Source of the DNA: Carcharhinus amblyrhynchos
Lineage: Eukaryota
Direction of reading: 5' to 3'
Length of the DNA stretch: 64,000 nucleotides
NCBI GenBank assembly: GCA_965287045.1
Contig: OZ336871.1
Coordinates: forward strand, 106,888,001 to 106,952,000
Made by a program: the position numbers and the translations under genes. Every line of letters starts with the position of its first letter. The stretch's first letter is position 1. Below the pieces are notes generated by a model. It worked only from the letters and a program-made list of their open reading frames with translations. It was not told the DNA's origin and made no database searches. Positions 24,414-37,561 of this stretch are shown here, piece after piece.

Positions 24414-24560
24414 CAGTGATTCCCAACCTTTTCAGCAACATGGTACACTTCAATGAGACAAACAATTCCATGGTACATCCATTTTTTTTGCAGCTGAATT
24501 GATGATTCATAAACACCACATTTACTTGCATTTGGTTAAAGTCTTACTGGAGAGATTTGC
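24414..24560. mobile_element. Possible hAT-Charlie-type terminal fragment
   Basis: cagtgattcccaacctttt resembles hAT-Charlie TIRs; no partner end found. Confidence 0.35.
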
Positions 24561-24599
24561 AACATACAATTGAAATTCAAATTAGAAATTGATCGAGAA

Positions 24600-25210
24600 A
24601 GAAGGGAGAGAGAAAACAGGAAACTACATGCCAGTTAGCCTGATCTCAGTCTTTGGAAAGTGCTATTTGTTAATGTCTCTACATGCACTTAGAACATGAT
24701 GATATGATCAGTCATGGTTATGGAAAGGGAAATTAAGTTTGACAAATTTATTTGAGTGTATTTTTGAGGATGCAACTAATAGGGTGGATAAGGAGGAACC
24801 AGTAGATGTAGGATTATTGGATTTAGAAGCATAGAAACTAGAAACAGGAGAAGGCCATTTGGCCCTTCACATCCACTCTGCCATTCATTTTGATCATGAC
24901 TGATCATCAAATTCAATATCCTGATCCTGTTGTCTCCTCCCATCCCTTGATCCCTTTAGCCCTAAGAGCTATGTCTAATTTCTTCTTGAAATCACACAAT
25001 GTTTTGGCCTCAACTACTTTCTGTGATAGCGAATTCCACACATTCACCACTCTCTAGGTGAAGCAATTTCTCCTCACCTCAATCCTCAAAGGCTTACCTC
25101 TTTCCTCAAATGATGAACCTTAATTCTGGATTCCCCCACCACTGGGAACATTCTTTCTGAATTTACCCTATCTAACCCTGTTAGAATTTAGAAGATTATG
25201 AGATCCTCTT
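24600..25210. mobile_element. CR1 fragments (+ 24600-24825; - 3' end 24826-25210)
   Basis: RVDKEEPVDV motif; CR1 tail on minus strand. Confidence 0.7.
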
Positions 25211-25709
25211 TTCATGTTTCAGTCGTTTGGATATAAAGGCCAGCGTTCCAGCATCCTTCTGAATTGTTTCCTTTACCTGTTCATGACTCTCATCTTCCAT
25301 GTGATGTTTTTCTTTCTCCTTCTCTGGGGATAACTCTCGAACATCTTGCTAGTAACATTAACTCCTGTCTCCACATTTAGCATTTGTGCATTCAAGGATT
25401 TCTAAGGTTGGGTACTAGCTTTAGATCTACCAAGACCATATCGTGGTGCATTGCTGTGAACTGAAGCTTTGTTGTTTCTTCTACCTGTGCATGCTGGTTG
25501 GATATGGCTGACTGTCCCACAGCATATCACTTTGACTGGAGATGGGAACATTTAGATAGTTGGCAGCCACCATGGAAACAGTAACATCAAGACTGAATTC
25601 ATTCTGAGACTGAATTTGACTGCTGGGGTCTGGATTTTGTTGAAACCTGGTGATTCTTCCCTGCAAGCTCAGAAAAAGAACTTCCTCGCAATTGTCAGCT
25701 ATCACCACA

Positions 25710-26695
25710 AGACAAGGGCGTATATAGTGAATGGCAGGACACTGGGAAGCTCAGAGGAACAGAGGGATCTTGGGGTCCTTATTCACAGATCCCTGAAGTT
25801 GGCAGAGCAGGTAAATAGGATAAAAGCAAAATACTGCAAATGCTGCAATCAGAAACAAAAACAAAGAATGTTGGAAAAGCTCAGCAGGTCTGACAGCATC
25901 TATGGAGAGCAAATAGAGCCAACATTTTGAGTCTGAATGACTCTTCATCAGAGCTGACAAAGGGTCATCCAGACTTGAAACATTGGCTCTATTCTCTCTT
26001 CACAGTTGCTATCGGCACTGTTGAGATTTTCCAGCATTTTCTGAGGTGTATAGAATAGTTAAGAGGCATATAGGAAACTTGCTTTCAGCAGTTGTGGCAG
26101 AGAGTGTCAGAGCAAGAAGGGAATGTTGGAGTTGTACACAACATTGCTTAGGCCAGCATTGTGTGCAGTCCTGGTCACCTCACTGTAGGAAGGATATAAT
26201 AGCACTAGAGGTACAGAGGAGGTCTGCCAGGAGGTTGCCTGGGATGGCACATTCGTGCTGTTAGGAGAGACTAGATAGGCTTAGATTGTTTTCTTTTGAG
26301 CAGAGAAGGTTGAGGGGGAACGTGATTGAGGTGAATAAGATTACGAGGGGCATGAATAGGGTGAGTAGGGAGCAGTTGTTCCATGTGGTTGAGGGGTCAA
26401 TCATGAGGGGGCATTCTTCTGGGTTAAGAAAGAGGAGATTCAGAAGGGATTTGAGAAAAAATTCTTTTTCCTCAGTGGCGGTGGGAATCTGGAATGCAGT
26501 GCCTGAGAAGGTAGTGAAGGCCAGAAACTTTGCAACCGTTAAAAAATATTTGGATGAGCACTTGAAATAGCTTAACATTCAAGGATATGAAACAAATGCA
26601 GGAAAATGGGATTAGTGTACCTTTAGTGGTAGTTATTCTGTGTGCAGACTTCATGGGCTGCAGGGCCTTTTCTGCAGTGTATGACTCTTAAGACT
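25710..26695 (+). mobile_element. CR1 3' fragment containing a palindromic insertion
   Basis: EQRDLGVLIH, FSFEQRRLRG, VGIWNAVP motifs. Confidence 0.8.
25821..26045. mobile_element. Palindromic Penelope-like element with two minimal hammerhead-type cores
   Basis: ~90-bp imperfect inverted arms centred ~25952; minus strand CUGAUGA-a-gaguc-auuca-gacuc-AAAA; plus strand CUGACAA-a-ggguc-aucca-gacuu-GAAAC. Confidence 0.65.
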
Positions 26696-26715
26696 ATTTC
26701 CATGGCAGCGGTCTC

Positions 26716-27458
26716 TGATGATACAATGCTATTGATATATGTTATGTTTAAGGGGAATGTTTTAAGATTCAGTTCTTTTTACAGATAGTCATTACGTCTG
26801 GGAGGAATACAGCTCATATATTGGAAAAGCGGTATAATTACTCATTTGAGCCATGTAATGTTTACTGAGAAGAGGCTAATGGACTCTTGTTTACAAAAGA
26901 AAAGATCTTCTGGTTTTTTTTGATAACAGGAATGGAGACTGGGGTTTTTGTTTAGGTATACAGGGTCATGTGATACTGTGGAAGGAGGTATGTTTGTAGC
27001 AGAGAAGCTGTTTAAAGTTGGCTTTCCTCCTGGGGCAGTTTAAAGACAGAAGTCTGCAAGCCGCTTTGAACATCAAAACTTCTTGAAAGCTGCAAGGCTG
27101 GTAACAGAGTTTACAGCAAGTATGTCTGGGTTTGCTAACTACATTTAAAATGTCATTTGAATCTAAAAGGACTGTTGCTTATTTGGAATTAAAATAGTGA
27201 TAAGTTAGAAAATAGAGTTGTTTCCTTTCATTTTTAAACTATTTTTCAACTTAAAAATTAAGCTGCTTCATTTTGTTAGAGTTATATTTGAATCATGTTA
27301 TGAATAAAGCTTGTTTTGATAAAAAAAAGCCTCTAATTAGTCAGTAGAATTAATCCTTGAGTGAAGCAGCTTATCCTTGAATACATGCAAAATGGAGAAA
27401 TTGTTGGATTTAGTCTGGCTTCACAATATAGCTTGAGGTTCAGTTCCAGGATCCAACA
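26716..27458 (+). mobile_element. Solo LTR (same family as 4358-5188)
   Basis: TG...CA ends, AATAAA at ~27303, both ends align with the reverse complement of 4358-5188. Confidence 0.8.
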
Positions 27459-28265
27459 TGCCTCATCCCAAACCTGATTCCTCATCAGTTTATTGCCTTT
27501 ACCCAAATCTTGGCCTTCATTTTATTGTTCTTTAGGCCCTCTATGAAAATGTCTCTAAGGTTGATTTCTAAGTTTGTGTCATTCCCACAGTGGCAAGAGA
27601 GTTTCTTTATCTTGAGAATGTTATCAGTTAAAGACTCACTTGGTAATTGCTCCCTTTGGTCTGAATCCAACTTTTAGTGCAATCTCATTCATAAATGTAC
27701 CATAATATGAGTCCAGAATCTCATTAATTTTACTATATTCTACCATACTTGGGTCTTGTGAGCAGCACTGATTAAATACCAAATCAAAACTCTCTGGCTC
27801 AATAAAGAACAAAGAAAATTACAGCACAGGAACAGCCTCTTCAGCCCTCCAACCCTGCACCGACCACGCTGCCCATCTGAGCTAAAACCCCTTAACCTTC
27901 TGGGGACCATATCCCTCTATTCCCATCTTATTCATGTATTTATCAAGACACCCCTTCAAATTCACAATCGTACCTGCTTCCACTACCTCCCCTGCAGTGA
28001 GTTCCAGGCACCCACCACCCTCTGTGTATAAAATCTGTCTTGTACATCTCCTTTAAACCTTGCCCCTCGCACCTTAAACCTGTGCCCTCTAGTAATTGAC
28101 TCTTCCACCCAGAGAAAACGCTTCTGCTTCTGCCTCTTGACATGGTGAGGGAAACATCTACTTTAGTCTCATCTACTATTTTATTTATTTTCAAATGTAC
28201 AGCCTTTGTTTGTAATTATGTCAGTTCTCCTTGTCAGGGTTGAAGTCTCCCATTGTCACCAAATA
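27459..28265 (-). mobile_element. Gypsy gag relic, interrupted by a CR1 3' end (27805-28120)
   Basis: MGDFNPDKEN...VSLTM and EQLPSESLTDNILKIKKLSCHCG...LRDIFIEGL gag-like motifs. Confidence 0.65.
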
Positions 28266-29533
28266 TGATTCCAGTGTCATTTCTGTCAATCATGATTTGT
28301 ATTCACTCACTGTACCCCAAGATGATGTGCATGTGAAGCAATCTTTCAAACTGCTCAAGCTTCCTCAAAGTTAATTTTAGGAGTTCCAAGACATGTGTTA
28401 CAATATTCAATCCTTCATTTCACAAATAAAATGTGAAAAGGAATTCCATCCTAGTCTTGTTGCCATTCTTCTGTTGCGTACTGCACTGAGAAAAGCTTCA
28501 GCTTGTGGTCTGGCAGTAAGCAGTCATTATTGAACTATATTTCTAACTTCCTAAACTATATTTCTAACTAAGAGAGGACAGCAGAGAAGGCAGTATAATA
28601 AAATGTGTAGTTCCTATAATCTCCATTTCCCAAAAAGCTTTGGCTTTTTGCTGCTGAAAGATTCATCTGTATCTGGTTCATCTATATACAGTTGAACCTT
28701 CTGATCATTTTAAAAACCCACCCTCACCATGCCCCTCATTCTCTCAGCCCTACCCCACTGATCTTCATTCCTCTCATCCCTCATCGTCACCTCTCTCGCC
28801 CAATATCCACTTTCTGATCAGAACTTACAAACTCTATTATAACAGTTGGAAACTGTTGAATATCCATAACATTGGCTGTGTAAGCAAACAGGCTCTTTAA
28901 ACCAAATTAGGTAAAGACAATTTGCTGATGAGGAAGCAGATTTGGGATGAGGCCATTGCCTTGAAAATGGCAGAAAGAGATAGCTGAAAATTGTGAGGGA
29001 GTTCTATTCCTGACCTAGGTAAATAATGCAAGCACTTGTAAAATGATTAGGCAGTTGGGTTGCGGCCAAGAACCCATAAAATTCCCTATGCAAACAAGCA
29101 GACTTCAGAACTGCTATCTTAACAGATTTCTGGACAGCTATAAGCAATGGGAAAAATGAAACATTTACCCTTGGGGGTTTTTATGCTAGGAAACCTGGCT
29201 GTTCCCTCCTTTCCCATCAGCAGCAGCGGTCCATCATATATGATGGCCGATGTATGCCCATGTGAACCTTGAAGGCTCTTGGATCCCCAGGACAGTTGGG
29301 TGGTCGTGGCTGTGAGACGTTACCCTAACCCTCCTGATGCCCTGCACCAAACCTTTAATCCCTTACCTTAACTTGAAGAATGTGGAAGCTAACACTGGTG
29401 AGGATTAAGTGACAATGGCCTTTTGGTTGCATGAACAAGGCTCACAGGAATGATAGAGGGCACAAGTACTATCTGATCCAGAGAAAGGCACCCCCAGTAG
29501 ACTCAATAAATAGTCAATCTAATTGCTATCACA

Positions 29534-30355
29534 CTTTTACACTTTAAGATACCAGGGCAGCCACTGCATTACCGATGACTAAATGTGCAACAGTGCACCT
29601 CATATTCCCCCACCCGCCTCCAACCTCAACAATACTGTCCTGCCTTCTCTCTCTGGATGTCATGCAGCCAACCCTTAAACTAGCAATCTTAAGTTTTATT
29701 ATTTCCTTTCTCACACACCATGAGCCACACTGCACCAGACCCCCAGGCCATTAGCGGGCAATATCTGTGAGCTTATTCTCACTTTAGTGCACAACCTGAA
29801 AATTCAATACTGACAGTAAAAAGGTATTCAGACAAGAACCACTTCATTCTAATCTCTAGGGGCTGAGATCAGTCTGGTTGGAAAAAAAAGCCCTATTAAA
29901 AAAAACTGAAGTGAAGCCAGATAGCAGGTATTTAACTGCAGACCTATTCAAACTTCATGGAATGTCAAAAGTTGTATAAACAAACAATTTCAAGGGAATC
30001 TACGAAGCCAGATCACAACTGTGTTACCACAGAGCTTAGTCAAACTCCATGGGGTGTGAAGTGCTTTTCCAAAAGACAGGCTGCAGAATAGCACTGCTCT
30101 TTGAGATTTTAGGGCAGATGGGCTGAAGATGTGCTGTGGAATGTTAAAGGGTTTTAAATCTGAAAGACAGCAAGCTTCAAGACTAAACAAACCAGCGCAA
30201 CTCCCATCATGGCTGCCTGACATCCAGAGAGAGAAGGCAGGACAGTACTGTTCAAGCCAGAGGCAGGTGAGGTGCTGGTAGGGGAATATGAGTTGCACTG
30301 TTGCGCATTTAGTCATAGGTAATGCAGTGGCTGCCCTGGTGTCTGAAGTGTAAAG
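29534..30355. repeat. Inverted repeat, ~140-bp arms (29534-29670 / 30210-30355)
   Basis: ccagggcagccactgcattaccgatgactaaatgtgcaacagtgca pairs with tgcactgttgcgcatttagtcataggtaatgcagtggctgccctgg. Confidence 0.85.
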
Positions 30356-32896
30356 GGAGAGACCTCTGACTTGGCCCCTTCATCCTCAGCATGATCCCTC
30401 TTAACCCTCATCTCCCTTGAAGGATGCCCTCCCACCCTTGCACGTGGCCGGTGGCTACTTTATCCTTGTGTACCCTGGCACTAAGTGGAGAAGAGTACTC
30501 ACTGCCTTCCTCCCACTTGGAGTCCATTGCGCCTGGTCTATGTTTTTGAAGTGCAGTAATAATTGGCATCTGCATGACATCTTGCTGGTGGGCGGGAAGA
30601 TTCAGTGAGGCCGGGACACCTGCGTTTAACCTCACTGATGACATTCAAATCAAGTTCTCACCCTTTCTGGGCGTGAACCTAATTACACCAATAGGAAGGG
30701 TTCAAGGAAATTGCATTCAGAGTTCCCACCAGCAAAAATCCTGCTTTTCTCGGCAGACTTAGCCCTAATTGGATTTGCTCCCATGGCAAATGGGCCCAGA
30801 AAATCGCGGCCCTACTAAAGTTAAAAATTCCACCCTCTATTTTTATTTTAAATAAATTTATTTTAGGCATGCAAGGCTCTCTATTGTAGCAATATAGTAT
30901 GGGTGCTGGTATCTGAGAAGCATTATTACAGCACATTAAAGCTTTATTTCATGGTTGGGAGCCACAACCAATCCTCTTGATCCCCACCCCCACGAGCATT
31001 TCTGTCCCTGAACATCTGCAGTGTGTTTTTTTGTTTGAATATCTGCTAGTTTTAAATGATTATTCATCAAGACAGTAAGCATTGTTTGTTGACAGCTTGA
31101 TAAAGCTTTTTGGGAGAGCAAATCTATGAGATTCTTCCTGCTGACTTAGTTCTTCACTAAGTGCATTGTCAACCTTCATACATTTTTAAAATTCTTAATT
31201 AGCAAATATTGCTTATTTGATCAGACATAAATAGCCCCAACCAATGCAAGAGTTTATTGAAGATGAATCCCTCATTGCTGCAACTGTACTGCAATGGATA
31301 ATTCAGCAGATATGGTCTAACGCTTTACAACCTTTTAAGTGTCAAGATTTGACAACGTATTAGATCCTGAGGGGCTTGATTGTGTAGATGCTGAGATGAT
31401 ATTTCTCCTCATCTGGGAATCTAGAATTGGGGAGCACAGTTTAAAAAATAGAGGATCTCCCATTTAAAAAGTGGATGAGAAGAAATTTCTGCTCTTAGAG
31501 ACTTATTAGTGTTTGGAATTCATTTTCCTGTGAACTGCTCATGGTACAGAGGCTGTGATGTGAATCTTGCCAATAGGGGGACGGGTGGAGTATCAACTCA
31601 TCTGTGAGGCCGGCTGCTGAGCTCCAGGGGAGTGCCACTGTGCAGGTGCCCCGATCTCCCAGTGTACTGTGTACACAGTGTACACATTATACTGGGAGAT
31701 CTGTCATCCCCCTCCACACCCCACTGATCGCCACCCCAACTATTTGTCAGTGTGGATCTCGAGCAGCGAGAGAACTAAGGTAAATGAGCCCAGACAATTG
31801 CATCCCAGACTCATTAATGATACGTAAACATTAATATTTAAATCAGCCTTGCGTCCTTTCCATTGCAAAGTCAATTTCATCGGCACAGTAGGACCAGCAA
31901 GGTTGTGAGGGGCAAGAAATCGGGCATGGACCCGGTTTTTTGCCTCTTGTCCTATTTAACTGGCTCACTGATCAACTGGCGTGGCAAGCTGGTAAGATCT
32001 TGCCCATTGTGTTCAAATGACATTCATGAACTTACAAAATTGTTTCTTTTGTTAAACTTAGCAATTAACATTAGCAGTTAATAGCTAACCTCCAGCCCGC
32101 TGTTACAAATGATCAGCGGGTAAAGATTGGTTTAGGCCAGGAGCCTGAACCAAGCTCAGTGAAATGACAACCTATTGATTTCAACTGGAAAGAAAATCAG
32201 CTGCAGCATGCAACTGCTGCCAAATTGCTATGAACACAATTATGCACGACTGGCAAAAAATTAACTCTACCCCAAAATTTGGAAGCCTCAATAGTATGAG
32301 CCCATGTAGGCTGGCCTTTGCAAGACTCTTGGAAAATGTAAACTGTGAAGCAGGATTGGCTTTGAAGAAATTCCAGACCAGTCATTTGTTTTGGCTCCTC
32401 TGACCTTGACAATCTGCCTTAACCCAGTCAACATCCCCCCTCCCCACCCCCCACATACCCCCATCCCCACCCCCACCCATCCAAGCAAAACAACTAATGA
32501 CTAATGATTATTAACAGTACCACACTACAAAAAAAACACTCAGAAGCTAGCTTCTAATTGACTTCAAAATTCACTTTGACACCAACTCACTGAGCATACG
32601 TTTCTCCCACTTTCTCCAAAGCATTCTGCATTCATTACTCAGGTTTCCTGTCCTTCTCTGGGGAGCCAACACATTCAGCCAGAAGCAGCACCCGAACAGG
32701 GACTTGGCTCATGGACTCTCAAAGTTTGATTTCCCTGCTGACTGATCTACCTGGGCCTTAAAACGCACCTTGACTGCCAGGGTAACTATTATACAACCTC
32801 TGAGCTCCCCATTAAGGAATTGAACCCAGGAAAAGCCCTGATCAGGCATGGTTGCACCTTAGTGGTTAAACATTCTAACCATGCTCCTAACTGTAA

Positions 32897-33010
32897 GCAA
32901 TGATGCAGGTGCTGGAATATTTAAATAAAGACAGGAAATGCTGCATATCAGATGGTATCTGTGGTGAGGAAAACAATGTGACATTTCAGGTCTGTTGAAA
33001 GCTTTAGGTA
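32897..33010. mobile_element. Older half-copy of the 25821 Penelope-like family
   Basis: gatgcaggtgctggaat...gacaggaaatgctg...gtgacatttcaggtc parallels the left arm at 25830-25935. Confidence 0.5.
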
Positions 33011-35717
33011 GTTTTCCTTTTCGCCAGTGGTTCTAAAAGCTATAGGAACACAGTGACAATTTTCAACTATTTTAATTGACTTATGAATTCTATTCAGTAT
33101 TTTAGTGGCTGATTGGTGGTCCTGTATTTTCACTGTTCTTTTAAATCTTGTTAATTGAGGCTGTCAGTACTGCGGCGATAGATACCTAGGGGTCTAATAA
33201 CATTTAACTCTGAGTTATATTTGTTACAGCCAGCAGTTCCTATAATATTTGTACTAAATGACGCATATCAAAATAAAAATCACTTAGTGTAAATAATTAA
33301 AATGTTTCTCATTTTCATTCATGAGTCTACACGTAGACTTTAGCTAAAGATTTTATTTCCTAAAAACTGAAGAACAGTAATTACGCTGCTGGTGCAAAGC
33401 CTGCAGGAGTACTGTCAATTATTCAGATCTGTCATTCCTGCAGCACTCTCATATCATTACTGAGAAGGCGGAGAATGCTTTTCTACATCTTTCAGTGACT
33501 GCTTTCACTCTGTAGTGCCTGGTCACTGAATCGCCTATGTTGGAGTCCCATGATATGTTATTAACAAACGTCAGACCTTTAGCTAAGCCTCAATATAGAT
33601 ATTGATGAAAAAAATGGATGTTATTTATTAGTTACAACCAAACAAACTTGGTATATATTATTTATTGCAAATTAAGTATTAGCTATAGCAACCACCTTTA
33701 GGAAGAAGGTGAGTTCTTTAGGCAAAGGTTGTTTTGTAGATATGGTTTAATATCCAACTAATACATGATGCTTGCTCGAAACTGTGTTAACACTGTCTGG
33801 AAATTTCCCCACTCAGTAGACCAGTCTTGGTATAAAGTGCCCCTTTGTCTACTATTTTACCCCTAGGTAAGTTTAGGTTAGTTAGAGTCGGACTTGCTAC
33901 CACAGGAGTAGCTGGTTAAAAGGCCCCCCTCAGTTTCCTTGGACTTTGTCCCAGTTGTTTGGTTACGTTTTTGGCTTTTTAGTCCTCACCCCTCACATCC
34001 CATCATCCCCAACTCACTCCCATGCCAACTCCATGCCCCTATGCCAAATCATGCCCATCGCCAACCCACCATGGCCCCATATTCCCTCCAGTGCCAACTT
34101 ATGGCTCTCCCATGCCCTTTCATTCACTATGCTTTAGGTACAAAACCAATGAACCCTATAGTAACATTGTCATTTGTGAAGCTGCGTAAGAAAACATTAA
34201 TTCATATCTTTTTGAAAAATAAGACTGGTGATCCAATGGTGCTATTAGAGTGTCAATAAAACAGACCATTAAACTATCAATAGTATTAGCTTAAAGTCTT
34301 GACATTCTGAATTTTGTGAAAATAAACATTGAAACATTGACAGAAGATATCACAGAAAAAATAGCTTATGACCTCAGAGAGATATCAGTCAAGCAGATTT
34401 AACCGTTCTCTGCACTTGTGTAAACAAACTCACCTGTATAGTCCTTTTGTAAGTTTGACTTCTCAGCATAGTTGTGATCATGTGAATAAATTTATTTGCA
34501 CAAGTGGAAGGGGGAGACAGGAGTTGTATTTGAACTGGAATAGAGGGGGCATGGAGAGCCTGGGTAAGGCATTTTGAACTTACCCTTCAAAAGGTTCCCA
34601 AATTCAGGCTATGCAATTGGCACTGAAGTCTGCCCTGCCAAGGCTGCAGTGTCAGCACAATGGCCCTCAGCGCATCGGAGGGGGAGTTGTGCCACAGTGA
34701 AATTGTCCGATTAATACCCGAGAAGGAGAGATCTAGATGAGGATCTTCAGGATATGGAGTCAGTAGAAGACAAATCTTGGTGCCTTGTTGGCCATATGAG
34801 TCTAGTCACCCTGGATACAGGGAAACCTAGGCATTGCCTCAGAGCTACCAACAGAATACACTATTCCCATTGGATCAGATGTAGTGCCTTGCAATCCTCC
34901 AATCCTCAGAGAAATGTTCCAGGGAACCTGAGGTCCTGAAATGCAGGCCAGAAAAGCTAAAGAATTGCTAAGGAACTCAAAGACAACTCTGTAATCTTCA
35001 ATGAACTCACAGAGACAAAGAATTGCCGCTCGTCTGGGGCCCTTTTTTACCCACCCTTGGATGAGCAAATGCAGAAAACGTGGTTAGCGCCCGCTCATTT
35101 TGTTCATGCTTTGAGCTGAACATTGTATGGTCAGCATAAAATCACTGTTCATTGGTTGTTGTTGGCTTTAATTAGCCCATTAATCATCGGCAAGTGCAAA
35201 TCGAATTCACATGTACGCTCTTCAACCTTAAAATTGCACACGTGCACAAAGACGTCAGGGATCTGGGTTGATTGCACCCCGACCCCCAAATATAAAATTC
35301 TGGGCTTTGGTTTCAGGGTATTTGGAGTTTGGTCTAAAATGGATTTAATTGCCTATGATGACAATTGCCATATGCTGGCTAAATGGGGTTAATTACTCTG
35401 CACGTTCGTATTCACTGAGGAGGCTGACTGCGTAGCATAATGAACAACCAAACCGCAGGATGGGAATAGAAATCCAATGTAAATATTTTATACGGCAAAC
35501 ATGTTGGTGAGTTATATGAGTTTCTGCTGATGGTGAAGTCTCTCTCAGTCAAATAGCAATCAAAAAATCAGAACCCGACTTATATATATCTGATTTACTT
35601 TGTGCCCAACTTTCTTATATCTAAATTTTGGACTGAGCAGAGGGGGCTCATGTTGCAAGGATGAATGTGCCTCATTTCAGTGGAATATAAACTATCATAT
35701 CCCTGAGGATCTCTCTT

Positions 35718-36052
35718 CATAGAAATCTCAGAATCCGTACAATACAGAAGGAGGTCATTCAGCCCATCGAGCTTGCACCAAAAACAGTCCCACTCTGGCC
35801 CTATCCCCTTAACAATGCGCATTTGCCCTGCTAATCCCCCTAACCTACACATCTTTAGGGGGTAATTTAGCAAGGCCAATTAACCTAACCCACATCATTG
35901 GAGTGTGAGAGGAAACTGGAGTGTCTGAGGAAACCCTCACAAACACTGGGAGAACATGCAAGCTCCACATAGACGGTTACCTGAGGCCGGATTTGAACCA
36001 GGTCCCTGATGCTGTGAGACAGCAGTGCTAACCACTGTACCACCATGCGGCC
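35718..36052 (-). mobile_element. HE1-type V-SINE
   Basis: Head, core, CR1-type tail. Confidence 0.85.
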
Positions 36053-37252
36053 ATCACCAATCTTGCCACTGCATTTAAAATAGATGAGTCAGATGTGCAA
36101 CAGGGTGAATTTTAATACAAGATTATTGTTATTTCATTTGTTGCTGAAGTCTAGTTTTAATCATTGTGCATTTCTTCAGTTGTTCACCAAATAGAATGGA
36201 ATCCGCTTTCAGGGATAAACTGGGTGTCACTGCAGCACTAATAGTAATGAGGACACCTACCAAACCATTGCTGATTTATGAATTTGGTTGTTGAAAATTG
36301 TGTTGGTGAAATCACTCATCCTTCTTGATCCGCTGTAGCATTGAAGCATGGATTGAGATCATTATCAGTTCTTGGATCAACTCTGTAAAAAATAAAGACT
36401 GAGAGATTGGCAAGGCAGCCTTTGGGCCTCTGATTTCAATCAGTGTCGCAGATCTGTTTTAAAGAGCTATTGGAATGCTTCATTTTCCTTCATAATAGTG
36501 CCCATTAGTTTATTACTCTCTGGGTATAAATGTTGTTATTTCAGCAGCCTATTGCTTTGATGCAAATGTTTGTTGCAGCAAAGATCACAATTGTATATCA
36601 GTAAAATGAATCAATAAAGCTCAATAGCTAAGCAGTTACTGACAAGAGGCCCCAGCTGTACATCATCCGAAACATTTGGCACAATTTATGTCCATGGCTT
36701 CTCAATCAACTCATTTGATTTTGAGAACAGATGATTCCTGACAGCATATCAGGTTTCAAACTATGATCACAATGCAATTTCACTGAAAGCATTACATAGT
36801 CCTAACGGGAACAAGCGCAAACTCAGCCATCTGGAGGAAGGGGAACTGTGTCAGCATTAGGCCATGAGTAGCGAGTAGGAGCAAGTCCAGTGGGTGACAA
36901 AGAGGAATTTAGATCAGCTCATGGGTGCACTTGGAAAGGTTCTTTGATTTGGGGACAGCTCAGAGATACAAAGTTGAAGGGGTAGAGGTGGCTAAGGGTA
37001 TCTTACCCTATGTGAAAGGGGTTGGAAGATGACAACATTCAGGGAGAATTAAGTCTAACCAAATGGAAAAAAAAATGAGTTATTTTCATTGGTTTCACTG
37101 CTTGTATTGGAAAACAGTAAAATTCATTCACTATTCAGAGCTTCTACACAGCTTTCTAAATGTGAAAGATGGAGATCCGTGTGAGTGTAACCTGGATGAC
37201 GTTTTCCATTTCTGCTGTTGAAGTGACATTATACATCAGGCATTACAACACA

Positions 37253-37561
37253 GCGACATGGTGGCCCAGTGGATAGCATTGCTGCCTCAAAGCATCAGGG
37301 ACCCGGGTTCAATTCCCAGCTTGGTCAGTGCCTATGTGGCATTTGCACGTTGTCCCCATGTCTGCATAGGTTTCCTCTGGGTGCTTCGGTTTCCTCCCAC
37401 AGTTCAAAAGATGTGCTGGTTAGGTCCATTAGCCATGCTAAATTCTCCCTCAGTAAACCAGAACAGGCACTGGAGTATGGTGACTAGGGGATTTTCACAG
37501 TAACTTCACTGCAGTGTTGATGTAGGCCTACTTGTGGCAATAATAAATAAACTACAAACTG
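37253..37561 (+). mobile_element. V-SINE, alternative tail
   Basis: A/B boxes; tail cctacttgtggcaataataaataaact. Confidence 0.88.
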
